This document shows, piece by piece, positions 9,605 to 19,029 of a DNA stretch of 64,000 bases. This DNA comes from Candidatus Krumholzibacteriia bacterium. GTDB taxonomy: Bacteria; Krumholzibacteriota; Krumholzibacteriia; LZORAL124-64-63. The notes beneath the pieces were generated by a model. That model was not told the DNA's origin, did not search any database, and saw nothing but the letters and a program-made list of their open reading frames with translations. Every line of letters starts with the position of its first letter. Within the stretch, counting starts at the first letter, position 1. Position numbers and translations under genes: made by a program. Location: the NCBI GenBank assembly GCA_050174015.1, contig JBFXKG010000004.1, positions 32,001 to 96,000 on the forward strand, written 5' to 3'.

Positions 9605-9982
9605 ATGGCAAAGAAAGTGACCAAGAAGGCTCCGGCCAAGAAGGCCCCCGCCAAGAAGGCCCCCGCCAAGAAGGCCGAGGCCACCAAGGCCCCGACCCGG
9701 AACGAAGTCTACCGCGAGATCGCCGAGAAGACCGGCGTGGCCCGCAAGGACGTCGTCGCCGTGATCGAGAACCTGAACGACGTCATGACCAAGTCCGTGA
9801 AGAAGTTCGGGACCTTCAACTACATGGGTCTGCTGAAGCTGACCCTGGTGAAGAAGCCGGCGGTCAAGGGCGGCAAGCTGGTGAAGAATCCCTTCACCGG
9901 CGAGATGGTCAAGCAGAAGCCGCGCCCGGCGTCCCGCTCGGTGCGCGTGCGTCCGCTGAAGGCCATGAAGGACAACCTGTAG
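9605..9982 (+). CDS. HU family DNA-binding protein with N-terminal Lys/Ala/Pro (PAKKA) repeats
   Basis: IAEKTGV.RKDV, GLLKL, NPFTGE, VRVRPLKAMKD; AGGAGG RBS. Confidence 0.85.
   Translation: MAKKVTKKAPAKKAPAKKAPAKKAEATKAPTRNEVYREIAEKTGVARKDVVAVIENLNDVMTKSVKKFGTFNYMGLLKLTLVKKPAVKGGKLVKNPFTGEMVKQKPRPASRSVRVRPLKAMKDNL
9621..9676 (+). repeat. 15-bp coding tandem repeat (KKAPA)
   Basis: ccaagaaggc(t/c)cc(g/c)g repeated about 3.5 times. Confidence 0.85.
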
Positions 9983-10010
9983 AACAAGGTCCTGGGTGCA
10001 ATCAGGAGTG

Positions 10011-10043
10011 CGACCCCTGCGCCTGCGCGGGGGTCGTTTTTTT
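10011..10043 (+). terminator. Rho-independent terminator after HU gene
   Basis: CGACCCCTGCG...CGCGGGGGTCG stem followed by T7. Confidence 0.85.
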
Positions 10044-10048
10044 GCCTG

Positions 10049-10078
10049 AAAAAAGGGGTCCGGAACGACCGGACCCCT
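10049..10078 (-). terminator. Rho-independent terminator for the converging minus-strand gene
   Basis: A6 then AGGGGTCCGG-aacga-CCGGACCCCT perfect stem. Confidence 0.8.
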
Positions 10079-10110
10079 CGAACCCGCGCACGGGTCTGCT
10101 GCCTGGGAAC

Positions 10111-10830
10111 CTACCGGAACAGGGCCTTCACCTCGCCGAAGGAAGCGTCCTCGGTCGGAATGACCGTGTCGGCGTAGAAGATGATGTTGTCGTAGAAAAC
10201 GCCCGAGCCCTGGTACAGGGTGGCGAAGTTGCCGAAGCCGAACTGCAGGAGCTGACCGACCAGCGAGGCGTCGATGTTGATGGTGATCGAGTAGGTCGAC
10301 CAGGTGGACGGGATCGCCGTCATGTCCAGCTGGATGTTGTTGGTCGTGGCGTAGCCGGCGGCGGGGTTCAGGGTCTTGATGAAGGCCCAGGCCGTGGAGT
10401 CCAGCTCCAGGTTCCCCAGCTTGGCGTCGAAGACGAAGGTCCAGGTCTCGCCGACGTCGCCGGCGCCGATGGTCTGCTCGTGGAACAGAAGGGATTCGAT
10501 GTGGGCGCCGTCGGCATGGTTGGCGTTGTTGTAGTCGCTGAAGGCGACCAGCTGCTGCATGCCCTGGGCGGCTCCGCCCTCGCCGGAGGCGATGGCGCTG
10601 AAGGCGGCGCCGTCGTTCGGGGCGGGGAACACGCCGTAGCCGTACCAGTAGGACCAGTCCGGACCGAAGACGTTGGCGAAGACCAGCCAGCCGTCGTTGC
10701 CGAGGGCCGAGGTGTCGGCCTGGTTCAGGCTCTCGAAGTCCTGGCTGTACCCGTTGAGGGCCAGACCCGTGGCAGGAGCCATGCAGAGGATGGCTGCGAC
10801 TGCGACCAGTGCGATAGCGCGAAGTTTCAT
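10111..10830 (-). CDS. Secreted beta-sandwich/CBM-like protein with short SFGEVKALFR tail; paralogue of 17714-18694
   Basis: MKLRAIALVAVAAILCMAPATGLA signal peptide; long near-identical blocks shared with 17714-18694 (YGYGVFPAPNDGAAF, IDASLVGQL.QFGF, FYDNI). Confidence 0.85.
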   Translation of the reverse strand: MKLRAIALVAVAAILCMAPATGLALNGYSQDFESLNQADTSALGNDGWLVFANVFGPDWSYWYGYGVFPAPNDGAAFSAIASGEGGAAQGMQQLVAFSDYNNANHADGAHIESLLFHEQTIGAGDVGETWTFVFDAKLGNLELDSTAWAFIKTLNPAAGYATTNNIQLDMTAIPSTWSTYSITINIDASLVGQLLQFGFGNFATLYQGSGVFYDNIIFYADTVIPTEDASFGEVKALFR

Positions 10831-10944
10831 GTTCCTCGACCTCTCTTTGAAGACGATCCCGTTGCCAGCTTGGAATCCCGGAACCCCGTCCCGGCATCCC
10901 GAGAGTTCCGCCGAGCGGCACTCCCTCACGAATCCAATGATAGG

Positions 10945-10976
10945 ATTATAGACTATGTTCGGATTCCGAATCAAGT
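10945..10976 (-). promoter_or_regulatory. Sigma70-like promoter overlapped by ROK-type operator, copy 1
   Basis: ACTATGTTCGGATTCCGAATCAAGT at 10952-10976; minus-strand TATAAT at 10945-10950, TTGATT 18 bp upstream. Confidence 0.65.
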
Positions 10977-11091
10977 CCAAAATGCACGATTGTCGAGATA
11001 ATTTTCTGTCCGAAGAATGAAATTTCTCCCCTGATGCCGAAATATGCGGGGCTGTTTTATCATATTGTCATTCAGCGACTTACAATCGGTT

Positions 11092-11253
11092 GGCTCCGGT
11101 GGCCGCCCACCTCGAGGTCGGCGGGGCACCTGCCGCTGCCGTGCCCCTTCACCCCGTAATACGCGCGCTGCGACAGCCCCGGTCCGTTGAGGCCCCCCGG
11201 GGACGCGCAGCTCCACCACCCCCTAGGTAGCCAAACATCACGAACCCGGGACC
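11092..11253. ncRNA. Candidate structured non-coding RNA of about 160 nt, family not recognised
   Basis: GC-rich island in AT-richer intergenic DNA; ends pair (GGTCCCGG/CCGGAGCC); internal stems GCTGCG/CGCAGC with CCCCGG/CCGGGG, GGGGCAC/GTGCCCC, CCGCC-ACC-TCGA-GGT-GGCGG. Confidence 0.45.
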
Positions 11254-11479
11254 AAAATAGCCTGACGTAAGGCAGTTTCACGCCTCCCGGACAAAATATC
11301 CGCCAATGAATCAATCATGCCCGGCAAAATGAGCGGTTGGATCTCGACCCGGCTGGATCTTGACAATTGTCCCATTGCTGACAACAATGAATCAATCGCC
11401 TGAATTATAGTATCCTCAAGATGACAGGACAGAGTGCCGACGCCAGGTCGATGGTGCCGAAAGAACCGAGGACGTTCAG

Positions 11480-12493
11480 ATGGCGAAATCCGCTTGCCCG
11501 CTCTGCGAAGAATCAGGCCATCCCGGAAACTTGATCGAGAAGAACGGCTACACCGTTGTGCGCTGCCCGCATTGCGACCTGGTACGCGTGGATCCACAGC
11601 CGGATCCGGAGGACATTGCACGCTACTATTCCGCTGAGCAGGGCTACCATGTCCATCTCGTGGAAGACGAGAAGGAGCAGAAACGGCTGGCGAGCCGGAA
11701 CCGTGAGCGGCTTGAACTGATCGATAAGCACATCACCGAAAAGGGGCCCCTGCTTGACGTCGGCTGTAGTCTGGGTCTATTTCTGGGGCATGCAAAGCAG
11801 AGAGGTTGGGAAGTCAGCGGCGTGGAGATCAACGCACACACGGCGGAACAGGCCCAAATCCGCTGCGGAGCGACGGTTCATCACGGCGATCTGGAGACCG
11901 TCACCCTCGCATCCGGCTCCCAACTGGTGATCACGTTCTTTGATACGCTCGAACACGTTCTGGATCCCCGATCCGGTCTGGAAAAGGCCTACGAGCTCCT
12001 GCGGCCGGGCGGTATCGTGATGATCACCGCTCCGAACATCGACGGATTGCTGCCACGGTCGACCTACCGGCTGCTGGCCCAGCCGTTCGGAGTATGGGAT
12101 CATCCGTCGCCCCCTGCCCACCTTTTCGATTTTTCCGTCAAGACCCTGACCATGATGCTTCAAAAAACGGGCTTCGAGCCCGTGCTGGCGAAGACAGAGA
12201 CGATCCGGATGGGGTATGCGGCGGGAAAACTCACTGCAGCGCTGATCACGGTCGGCAAGAAGGTCCTGGGAAGGTCCGGGTCCCCTGCTCCTGCGACAGG
12301 CGATCCGGGCGAGACGGGAGCTCGTCCCGGCCTTGCGCCCGGAGCACACGGGCGATCCTCAAGAAGCCAGCAGGCTCTGCGGTCCGCAGCGATGTTGCTC
12401 AGCCTGAGCTGGATCCTGGCTATCTATCCATTCGGCGCCCTTCTGGACCGGAGCAACTCGTTGGTCGTGATCGGACGCAAGCCCCGCCGCTGA
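11480..12493 (+). CDS. Class I SAM-dependent methyltransferase with N-terminal Zn-finger (glycan-modification type)
   Basis: CPLC...CPHC, LLDVGCSLG, GVEIN, DTLEHV.DP, LRPGG, PPAHLFDF. Confidence 0.85.
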   Translation: MAKSACPLCEESGHPGNLIEKNGYTVVRCPHCDLVRVDPQPDPEDIARYYSAEQGYHVHLVEDEKEQKRLASRNRERLELIDKHITEKGPLLDVGCSLGLFLGHAKQRGWEVSGVEINAHTAEQAQIRCGATVHHGDLETVTLASGSQLVITFFDTLEHVLDPRSGLEKAYELLRPGGIVMITAPNIDGLLPRSTYRLLAQPFGVWDHPSPPAHLFDFSVKTLTMMLQKTGFEPVLAKTETIRMGYAAGKLTAALITVGKKVLGRSGSPAPATGDPGETGARPGLAPGAHGRSSRSQQALRSAAMLLSLSWILAIYPFGALLDRSNSLVVIGRKPRR

Positions 12494-12519
12494 TACGGTT
12501 CACAGCCACCGTGATCGGC

Positions 12520-14127
12520 CTACTTCAAGAGCGTCAGGGCCGCATTCGAAACGACCTCCCCCGCCTCCAGCCGTGCAAAGTACACCCCGCCCGGCACCCT
12601 GCGGCCGGCGTCGTCCCGCCCGTCCCAGGTCAGGGTCATGGCGCCCGCCGCAACCGCCGAACCATCGAGCAGCGTGCGCACCAGCCGGCCCCGGGCGTCA
12701 TAGACCGCCAGATTCACAGCCGCTTCCACCGGCAACTCGAACGACAGGACCGTCCGCGGATTGAACGGATTGGGAGCCGACTGCAACAGGCGGACGCCGG
12801 CCACCCGCGATGCGGGCCGGCCGTCCTCCACCGCCGAGACCGCGCCCGCGGGCACGAACCTGAAGCCGCTGAAGACCACTTCCTGGTCGGCAGCCGGCGA
12901 ACCTGCGATGCGCCACAGGTTCAGGTGCAGGCGCGGCTGTTCCGGGCGCGGGATGTGCGGCCCCGTGTAGGTCCAGGCGTGGACCAGGGTGGCCGGGGAT
13001 TCATCCGCGGGACCACCCCGCCACACCCGGTACTCCACCCGGTCGGACAGCCAGCGCATGGCGTGGCTGACGGTCTCCCCCTCGCTGAACACCGGATCGA
13101 AACGGCTGATGTTGCCCGGCCAGTCGTAGGGCTGGGCCACGAACTGGGCGAGATCGTTCGCCGGATCCTGCCAGCGGCTGTACTCGATGTCGATCTCGTT
13201 GTAGGCGTTCCACCAGGTGTAGGCGTCGTCGTAGCAGGGGCCGTACTCCCACAGGAACAGGCCGAGCACCGCCTGGGGGTCGAGCGTGTCCAGGCGTCCC
13301 TCCGTCGTCAGGACGTAATCCCCGTAGCCGAGGGCCTCCTCCAGGACCACCTCGGTGCTGGTCCAGGTCCCGTTGCGAAGGCTCAGGGTCAGGTGCAGGT
13401 CGCCCGCGCCGTCCACCCAGACGCAGTCGGGCGAATCGGAGAAGACGTTGGGCCCCGGCCCGTAGTACCCCGGGCCCTTGACGCGCCAGGTGCGTCCGGC
13501 GAAATCCAGGGCGGTGCCGCCGGGGAAGTCCGTCCACTGGACGTCGTCCTGGGTCGGCGGGCTGGTGCTGGTGAAGGTGACCTGGTCGAAGACGACGTCG
13601 CTGGAGGGATCGGTCGGGCTCTGCAGCACACCCAGCAACAAGCGGGCCTTCACGGTTCCAGCCGGCGCCGCGCTGCTCGTCACCGCGAAGTCGAGATATT
13701 CGTCCGTGGTGGAGGACGCCGTCGCCACGTTGAACGTGTCGTAGGAGATGAGGTTGTCGCCCGCGTCCCGCCACTCGACGTTGACCAGGGCCGCGTTCTG
13801 GCCGACCAGAGGTCGCGCCGCCGTGTGGAGCACGTGCCCGGTGACGTCCCAGCTCTCCCCGGGCAGGCAATCCTGGGCCTGCCAGTAGCCGGAGACGGCC
13901 CAGTCCCCCGTGTCCGGGCCACTGACCCGGGCCGCCTGGTGACCGTGGCTCGCCATCGTCGTGGCCCCGAACGCACCGAACTGCTCCCAGCCCCCGAACA
14001 CCGCCCCGCCGGTCCCGCCGACCTCGAAGCTGGGATTGCCGAGGATGCACTGGCCGGCCGCCGGTCCTGCGGCCGCGAGGACCAGCACCAGCGGCAGGAT
14101 CCCGGGGGACGTGCGCAGGAACTTCAT
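12520..14127 (-). CDS. Secreted GH16-like glycoside hydrolase with N-terminal CBM-like domain and FlgD tail
   Basis: CAGGAGG RBS; signal peptide; NPSFE...VVFDQV CBM-like domain; catalytic NEIDIEYSRW; SAPNPFNP...LTLLK. Confidence 0.8.
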   Translation of the reverse strand: MKFLRTSPGILPLVLVLAAAGPAAGQCILGNPSFEVGGTGGAVFGGWEQFGAFGATTMASHGHQAARVSGPDTGDWAVSGYWQAQDCLPGESWDVTGHVLHTAARPLVGQNAALVNVEWRDAGDNLISYDTFNVATASSTTDEYLDFAVTSSAAPAGTVKARLLLGVLQSPTDPSSDVVFDQVTFTSTSPPTQDDVQWTDFPGGTALDFAGRTWRVKGPGYYGPGPNVFSDSPDCVWVDGAGDLHLTLSLRNGTWTSTEVVLEEALGYGDYVLTTEGRLDTLDPQAVLGLFLWEYGPCYDDAYTWWNAYNEIDIEYSRWQDPANDLAQFVAQPYDWPGNISRFDPVFSEGETVSHAMRWLSDRVEYRVWRGGPADESPATLVHAWTYTGPHIPRPEQPRLHLNLWRIAGSPAADQEVVFSGFRFVPAGAVSAVEDGRPASRVAGVRLLQSAPNPFNPRTVLSFELPVEAAVNLAVYDARGRLVRTLLDGSAVAAGAMTLTWDGRDDAGRRVPGGVYFARLEAGEVVSNAALTLLK

Positions 14128-14147
14128 GGCGGCCTCCTGGTGGAGGA

Positions 14148-17100
14148 TCAGACCTTCGTGAGTCGTTCCTTCGGAACGGCGACCCACAGCGACCGGACGC
14201 GGCCCGTCCGGCCCAAAACGGCCGCGGTCGTGGGGGCGTCCAGCCGGTCGCCGACCTGCTCCCGCGTGGTGCCGTTGACGAATTCGACGGTGACGGCAGC
14301 TCCGTCTTCGGTCAGTTGATAGACCACGGGCACCTGGCACAAGGTGAAGGCGAGGCTTCCCGGCTCCAGCAGCAGGGAGTTCTCCCGACCCTCGACGTCG
14401 AAGTAGTGGAACTCGCGGTCGGTCCCCAGGAACTCCTCCGGACCGAGCAGACCGGGGCGGAAACAGGCGACCCCGTCCTCGATGCAGATGCCCAGCTCGC
14501 CGCGGCGGGTGAGGATCTCCTCCTTCACCTGGCCGGTCATGCCCGGCTGCTTGGCGCCGCCGTTCGCGGGCGTATGCGAGTAGGGATCGGTGGGAAAAGC
14601 TCCGTACTCGGTGACCGACTTCTCGTACCCGATGCCCGACCGGATGCGGAAGTACATGCGGGCCAGTTCGTCCGTCACTCCGGGATCGGCGCCCCCGGCG
14701 ACGGCCCGTTGCCAGGTCTCCTGGACCGCCAGCAGCAGCTTGGCCACCATGTGCCAGTAGATGCAGCCCAGCCCCTCGTACCCGTACATGGCTCCCGACC
14801 GCCCGGTGTAGGCCCGGTGGCGGAACACCTCCTCGTAGAGATCGAGGACCGCCTGCCGGTCCCGGGAGACGGCGGTGCTCCACCGGGGGTCGGCCGCCAG
14901 CCCGTCCAGGGCGGCCTCGAGATCCTTCGCGTTCCCGAGCGTGGCGTTGAACCGCAGGACCCCTTCGGCGTCGCGCGCCAGCACCGACCGGTCGCCCTCG
15001 GCAAGAAGGTCGGCCAGCAGAGGGGTCGCTTCCGCCGGTCCGGCGGGTACGGAATTCTTCTCGAGGAACCCGGGCAGCTCCCGCTCGGGGTACAGGATGA
15101 AGCTGCGCTGGTCGGGACGGTACAGGCGACTCGCGAACAGGCGCTCCAGGATGGCCAGGGATTCGCCCGGATCCAGGACGCCCGAGGTGAGGGCGGCGAC
15201 CTGTCCCTCGAGCATCTCGTACAGATGCTGCACCTCCGCACCGTCGCCATCCGGATCCGCGTCGAGCAGGTTGTAGGTGTGGAAGAGGCCGTCCGGACGC
15301 CGGTTGGCGGCGATGCCGCGGTCGATCACCTCCAGGGCGGTGCGGCAGGTCGCGACCACCCGGCCGAGGGACAGCGCGGTCTTCCCGCTGAATCCGTCCG
15401 CGTAGACCTTGTCCCGGTAACGGGAAAAAGTCTCGCCGAATGCATCCAGCAGCTCCCGCCGCTGCTTCGAGGTCAAAGCCCCGGCTGCCGTCAGCGCCCC
15501 GGCCTCCTCGAGGGCCGCGGCGATTCCGTCGAACCAGGCGACGACCTCGGCGCTCACCGGAAGGCTCTGCTGCGCCCTTCCCTCGAGCCTGTCGGCCAGG
15601 AAGGCCAGGTACCGGCGCAGGTGGCAGAGCGTGACCACCGAGACGCCGCCCCCGGCCAGGGCGTTGTTGGCGTCGTTCCATTCGGGGCGCTGGGTGTTCA
15701 TCCAGATGCCCGCGTCGCAGACCAGGTTCGAAAGCTTCGCCAGGGCCGGGACCAGCAGCTTCTCCAGCAGGTTGGCGTGGTAGATCCCGCCGTCGGGCCC
15801 GCGGACCAGCTTGCCGTCGGTGCCGTGTCCATCCACCCGGGCGGCGATTCGCGCGTCGAGTTCCGCGTCGAACACGATGGTCGACCGGGGATCCCGCAGC
15901 AGGTCCGCGTAGGGCTTGATGCGGTAGGGGACGTGGGCGTAGCTGAAGATCTCGGCCTCCAGCATCCCGGCCAGGCCCTCGGGATCGTTGCGGTTCCAGG
16001 CCTCCAGCAGCTTGAGCAGGTAGATGATCTGGTGATCGCCCCAGTAGCCGATGTTGCTCCAGGGGTCGTCGGGCGAGACGGTCTCCCAATCCACCCCGTC
16101 GCGGTCGATGCGATAGGGATTGAACCCGTCCCGCGTCGAGGCGTTGACGAACTTGGCCACGACGTTGGGCAGGAACCCGGGAAACGCGGTGCAGAGGGCC
16201 TCCCAGTTCTGGAAGATGTCGCGCCAGTTGCCCTCGTAGCTCAGTAGGCGCTCGCCGCCGCCGTTGCGGACGCGGATGGCGAAGCGGTTCCAGGGCCGGC
16301 TCGGGTCGCCGTGGCGCCTCCCGAAGTGCAGCGGCAGGTACTCCAGGCACAGGCGGATGAAGTCGGCGTCCCCCGTGGCCCGCGCCTGGGCGAGGAGATC
16401 GTCCACGGTCACCGGATCGGGGAGGGCCGCGATCGCGGCGCGTCGGCGCTCGGCCACGGCGGGATTGCGGACCTGAAGGAAGTCCGTGAAGTCCTCCACC
16501 GGCACGTCGTAATTGGCGGCGAAGACCCCGCCCCTCATGTTGTTGAACAGGACGTTGGCGAAGTGGTGGACCCAGACGGCCGGGGCCCCGGTCACCTGCA
16601 GTCCGTCGGCGCTGGCCACGTAGCGCCGCAGGTTGCGTTCGGCTTCGCGCAGCCTGGAGGCCAGCGCGCCGGGCAGGTCCTCGCCTTCGACCAGGCGCCG
16701 CCGCAGGCCGGCGATCCCGGCGTGGTCCAGGCCCGAATCGGCAACCAGGAACCACTCCTCCGTCTCCCGCGGTTGCAGGTCCGCGCCGAAGCTGACCAGG
16801 TAGTTGCCGCGGGTCCCGTTCAGGACGTCGTCCGCGGCGACCACCTCGCCGTTGCGGAAGCCCCCCACCGCCGCGGCCGACAGGTGGACCCGGTAGCTGT
16901 CCAGGCCGCAGCACCAGACCGTGTTGGCCCGCAGGACCTCCACCGCCTCGGCCCGGTCGGTGATGCCCGCGGTCAACGAGAAGATCCCCAGCCCCGACTC
17001 GGGATCGATCTCGGACTTCTTGTAGGCGTCCACCAGGTTCGAGGCCTGCTGGTACAGGCCCAGCGGCGCCCCGTAGGGCAGGACGTTGCGTAGCCCGTCC

Positions 17101-17639
17101 AGGACCACCGCCCGGATCGGGGTGTCGTTCAGGTTGGCGAGGGAACACGATCGCACCCAGCCGAACTCGTCGCAGGCGGCCCACCCGTACCGGAAGACCA
17201 GGCCGTGTCCGTGGTGGATCTCCTCGAACACGATCCGGTTGCCGGTGGCGTTCTTGTAGAGGTTGCGCTCGACCAGCGGGGATTCGGCGGTCCCGTCGGC
17301 GAAGGGTTCCCACAGCAGGGGCTCGCGGCCGGGATGCTCCACCCGGACCAGCGTGATCGGCCCGGTGTGGTGATGGGCGTCGTGCAGCCTGTCCACGGTC
17401 AGGTAAGGGAACAGGCTGCCCTCGGGATCCACCCGCCCGGCGGTCAGGCCGCCTCCCGAGGCGATGAACATCCACAGGTCGGTGTCGCTGGGGATGCTGG
17501 CCAGGAACTGGGAAAGCTTGGGGAAGTTGGCGATCCGGTAGCAGACCTCGCCGTCGAGGACCGTGAACCGTCCGCCGGGGACGGCGGGCGTGGTCCTGGT
17601 CCGTGCCGTGCGCAGGTCCGGTGCGGGTCTACCCTTCAT
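14148..17639 (-). CDS. GH149-like beta-1,3-glucan phosphorylase
   Basis: About 1160 aa, no signal peptide; RRHGDPSRPWN, YEGNWRDIFQNWEAL, NTQRPEWNDANNAL, YEGLGCIYWHMVAKL, GAFPTDPYSHTP, QPGMTGQVKEE. Confidence 0.8.
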   Translation of the reverse strand: MKGRPAPDLRTARTRTTPAVPGGRFTVLDGEVCYRIANFPKLSQFLASIPSDTDLWMFIASGGGLTAGRVDPEGSLFPYLTVDRLHDAHHHTGPITLVRVEHPGREPLLWEPFADGTAESPLVERNLYKNATGNRIVFEEIHHGHGLVFRYGWAACDEFGWVRSCSLANLNDTPIRAVVLDGLRNVLPYGAPLGLYQQASNLVDAYKKSEIDPESGLGIFSLTAGITDRAEAVEVLRANTVWCCGLDSYRVHLSAAAVGGFRNGEVVAADDVLNGTRGNYLVSFGADLQPRETEEWFLVADSGLDHAGIAGLRRRLVEGEDLPGALASRLREAERNLRRYVASADGLQVTGAPAVWVHHFANVLFNNMRGGVFAANYDVPVEDFTDFLQVRNPAVAERRRAAIAALPDPVTVDDLLAQARATGDADFIRLCLEYLPLHFGRRHGDPSRPWNRFAIRVRNGGGERLLSYEGNWRDIFQNWEALCTAFPGFLPNVVAKFVNASTRDGFNPYRIDRDGVDWETVSPDDPWSNIGYWGDHQIIYLLKLLEAWNRNDPEGLAGMLEAEIFSYAHVPYRIKPYADLLRDPRSTIVFDAELDARIAARVDGHGTDGKLVRGPDGGIYHANLLEKLLVPALAKLSNLVCDAGIWMNTQRPEWNDANNALAGGGVSVVTLCHLRRYLAFLADRLEGRAQQSLPVSAEVVAWFDGIAAALEEAGALTAAGALTSKQRRELLDAFGETFSRYRDKVYADGFSGKTALSLGRVVATCRTALEVIDRGIAANRRPDGLFHTYNLLDADPDGDGAEVQHLYEMLEGQVAALTSGVLDPGESLAILERLFASRLYRPDQRSFILYPERELPGFLEKNSVPAGPAEATPLLADLLAEGDRSVLARDAEGVLRFNATLGNAKDLEAALDGLAADPRWSTAVSRDRQAVLDLYEEVFRHRAYTGRSGAMYGYEGLGCIYWHMVAKLLLAVQETWQRAVAGGADPGVTDELARMYFRIRSGIGYEKSVTEYGAFPTDPYSHTPANGGAKQPGMTGQVKEEILTRRGELGICIEDGVACFRPGLLGPEEFLGTDREFHYFDVEGRENSLLLEPGSLAFTLCQVPVVYQLTEDGAAVTVEFVNGTTREQVGDRLDAPTTAAVLGRTGRVRSLWVAVPKERLTKV

Positions 17640-17713
17640 GCCTCATCCTCCGCTCCATCGTGAACGCAGGCCGGGGACCTGCCGGAGGTCCCCGGCGGAT
17701 TCGATCCTCGTCC

Positions 17714-18694
17714 CTACTTCAACAGCACCATGGTGCGGGCCGACTGTCCTTCAGCCGTCCGCAAGACGTAATGGTACGCACCCGCGGCCGCGGGCGTGCC
17801 CGCCGCCGTCCGTCCGTTCCAGGTCACGCCGTGATCGCCAGCGGCCAGGTAACCCCGGTGCAGGACGTCCACCAGGCGGCCGGCCAGGTCGTAGACCGCG
17901 ATCTCGACCTCGCCAGGGGCCTCCAGGCTGAACTCGATCCGGGTCTGGGGATTGAAGGGATTGGGATGGTTGCCGTGAAGGACCGCACCCCGGGCGGCGA
18001 GTCCGGCCGGAACGTTGGAGGCGCTGTCCTCATCGAACAGGATGTTGTCGTAGAAGATGCCCGAGGGTTCATACAGCGTGGCCAGGTTCGAGAACCCGAA
18101 CTGGATGAGCTGGCCGACCAGGCTCGCATCGATGGTGATCGACAGGCTGTAGCCCTGCCAGGTCACGTCGATCGCCGTCATGTCCGCCGTGATGAAGTTG
18201 GTCGTGGCGTAGCCGGCGCTCGGATCCAGGGTCTTGATGAAGGCCAAGGCCGTCGAAGTGCCGCTGATGTTGCCCAGCTTGGCGTTGAAGGAGTACTTGA
18301 AGGTCTTGCCCACGTCGCCGGCCAGGACCGTCTGTTCCTGGAAGACGTTCGACTCGATCCAGTTGCCGGCCGCATGGTCCAGGTTGTTGTAGTCGCTGTA
18401 GACCGAGAGCTGCTGCAGGCCCTGGTCCACCCCTCCCTCGCCGACGGCGATGGCGCAGAAGGCCGCCCCGTCATTGGGCGCAGGGAAGACTCCGTAGCCG
18501 TAAAGGTAGTTCATGGCGGAATCGAAAACATTGCCGTAGACCACCCAGCCGTCGTTGCCGAGGGCGTCCACGTCGGTCTGGACCAGGGCTTCGAAGTCCT
18601 GGCTGTAGGGCGTGATCGCATGGGCCGCCAGGGGCGCCAGGCAGACCAGCAGTGCCGCCACAGCCGGCAGGAAACGCGATCGCTTGGACATCAT
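17714..18694 (-). CDS. Secreted beta-sandwich/CBM-like protein with FlgD tail; paralogue of 10111-10830
   Basis: AGGAGG RBS; signal peptide ending AHA; shared passenger domain; NHPNPFNP...RTMVLLK. Confidence 0.85.
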   Translation of the reverse strand: MMSKRSRFLPAVAALLVCLAPLAAHAITPYSQDFEALVQTDVDALGNDGWVVYGNVFDSAMNYLYGYGVFPAPNDGAAFCAIAVGEGGVDQGLQQLSVYSDYNNLDHAAGNWIESNVFQEQTVLAGDVGKTFKYSFNAKLGNISGTSTALAFIKTLDPSAGYATTNFITADMTAIDVTWQGYSLSITIDASLVGQLIQFGFSNLATLYEPSGIFYDNILFDEDSASNVPAGLAARGAVLHGNHPNPFNPQTRIEFSLEAPGEVEIAVYDLAGRLVDVLHRGYLAAGDHGVTWNGRTAAGTPAAAGAYHYVLRTAEGQSARTMVLLK

Positions 18695-18957
18695 CGGATT
18701 ACCTCCTGCAGTGAGCCTGTTCACGGCTCAAAAAAACCGCCGCTGCGAGAAAAACTTGGCCGGCCGGGCGATCGGGCCTGGTCGTCCCGGATCCGGGGTG
18801 CGGGGCAGCCGGTCCTCGGTCCCGACCGTCGTCCGCTCCGCTGTCTCGAGGTCGATCCGGGCCGGGGTCAAGTGATGCCCATATGCGAGCGGGAAGACCG
18901 GCCTTGCTCGAAATTCTCCGGTTGCCGGATTTCCCGGCCCCCGGCGAGAATGCCCTC

Positions 18958-19006
18958 TTGACAGGACTGCTGGTATTATACACTATGTTCGGAGTCCGAA
19001 CAAAGG
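18958..19006. promoter_or_regulatory. Divergent promoter region with ROK-type operator, copy 2
   Basis: ACTATGTTCGGAGTCCGAACAAAGG at 18982-19006; plus-strand TTGACA at 18958; minus-strand TATAAT at 18975-18980. Confidence 0.7.
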
Positions 19007-19029
19007 GAAATTTCGGGGGTGGAAAACCC

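Noticed and set aside
11200..11218. GACGCGCAGCTCCACCA resembling a tmRNA/tRNA 3' end or att site
   Set aside because: No T-loop GTTCRA, no matching 5' acceptor strand, no integrase
12520..17475. Apparent 1651-aa fusion ending in GH16-FlgD
   Set aside because: The N-terminal part is an Arg/Pro/Gly-rich alternate frame of the GH149 gene; the real start with RBS and signal peptide is at 14127
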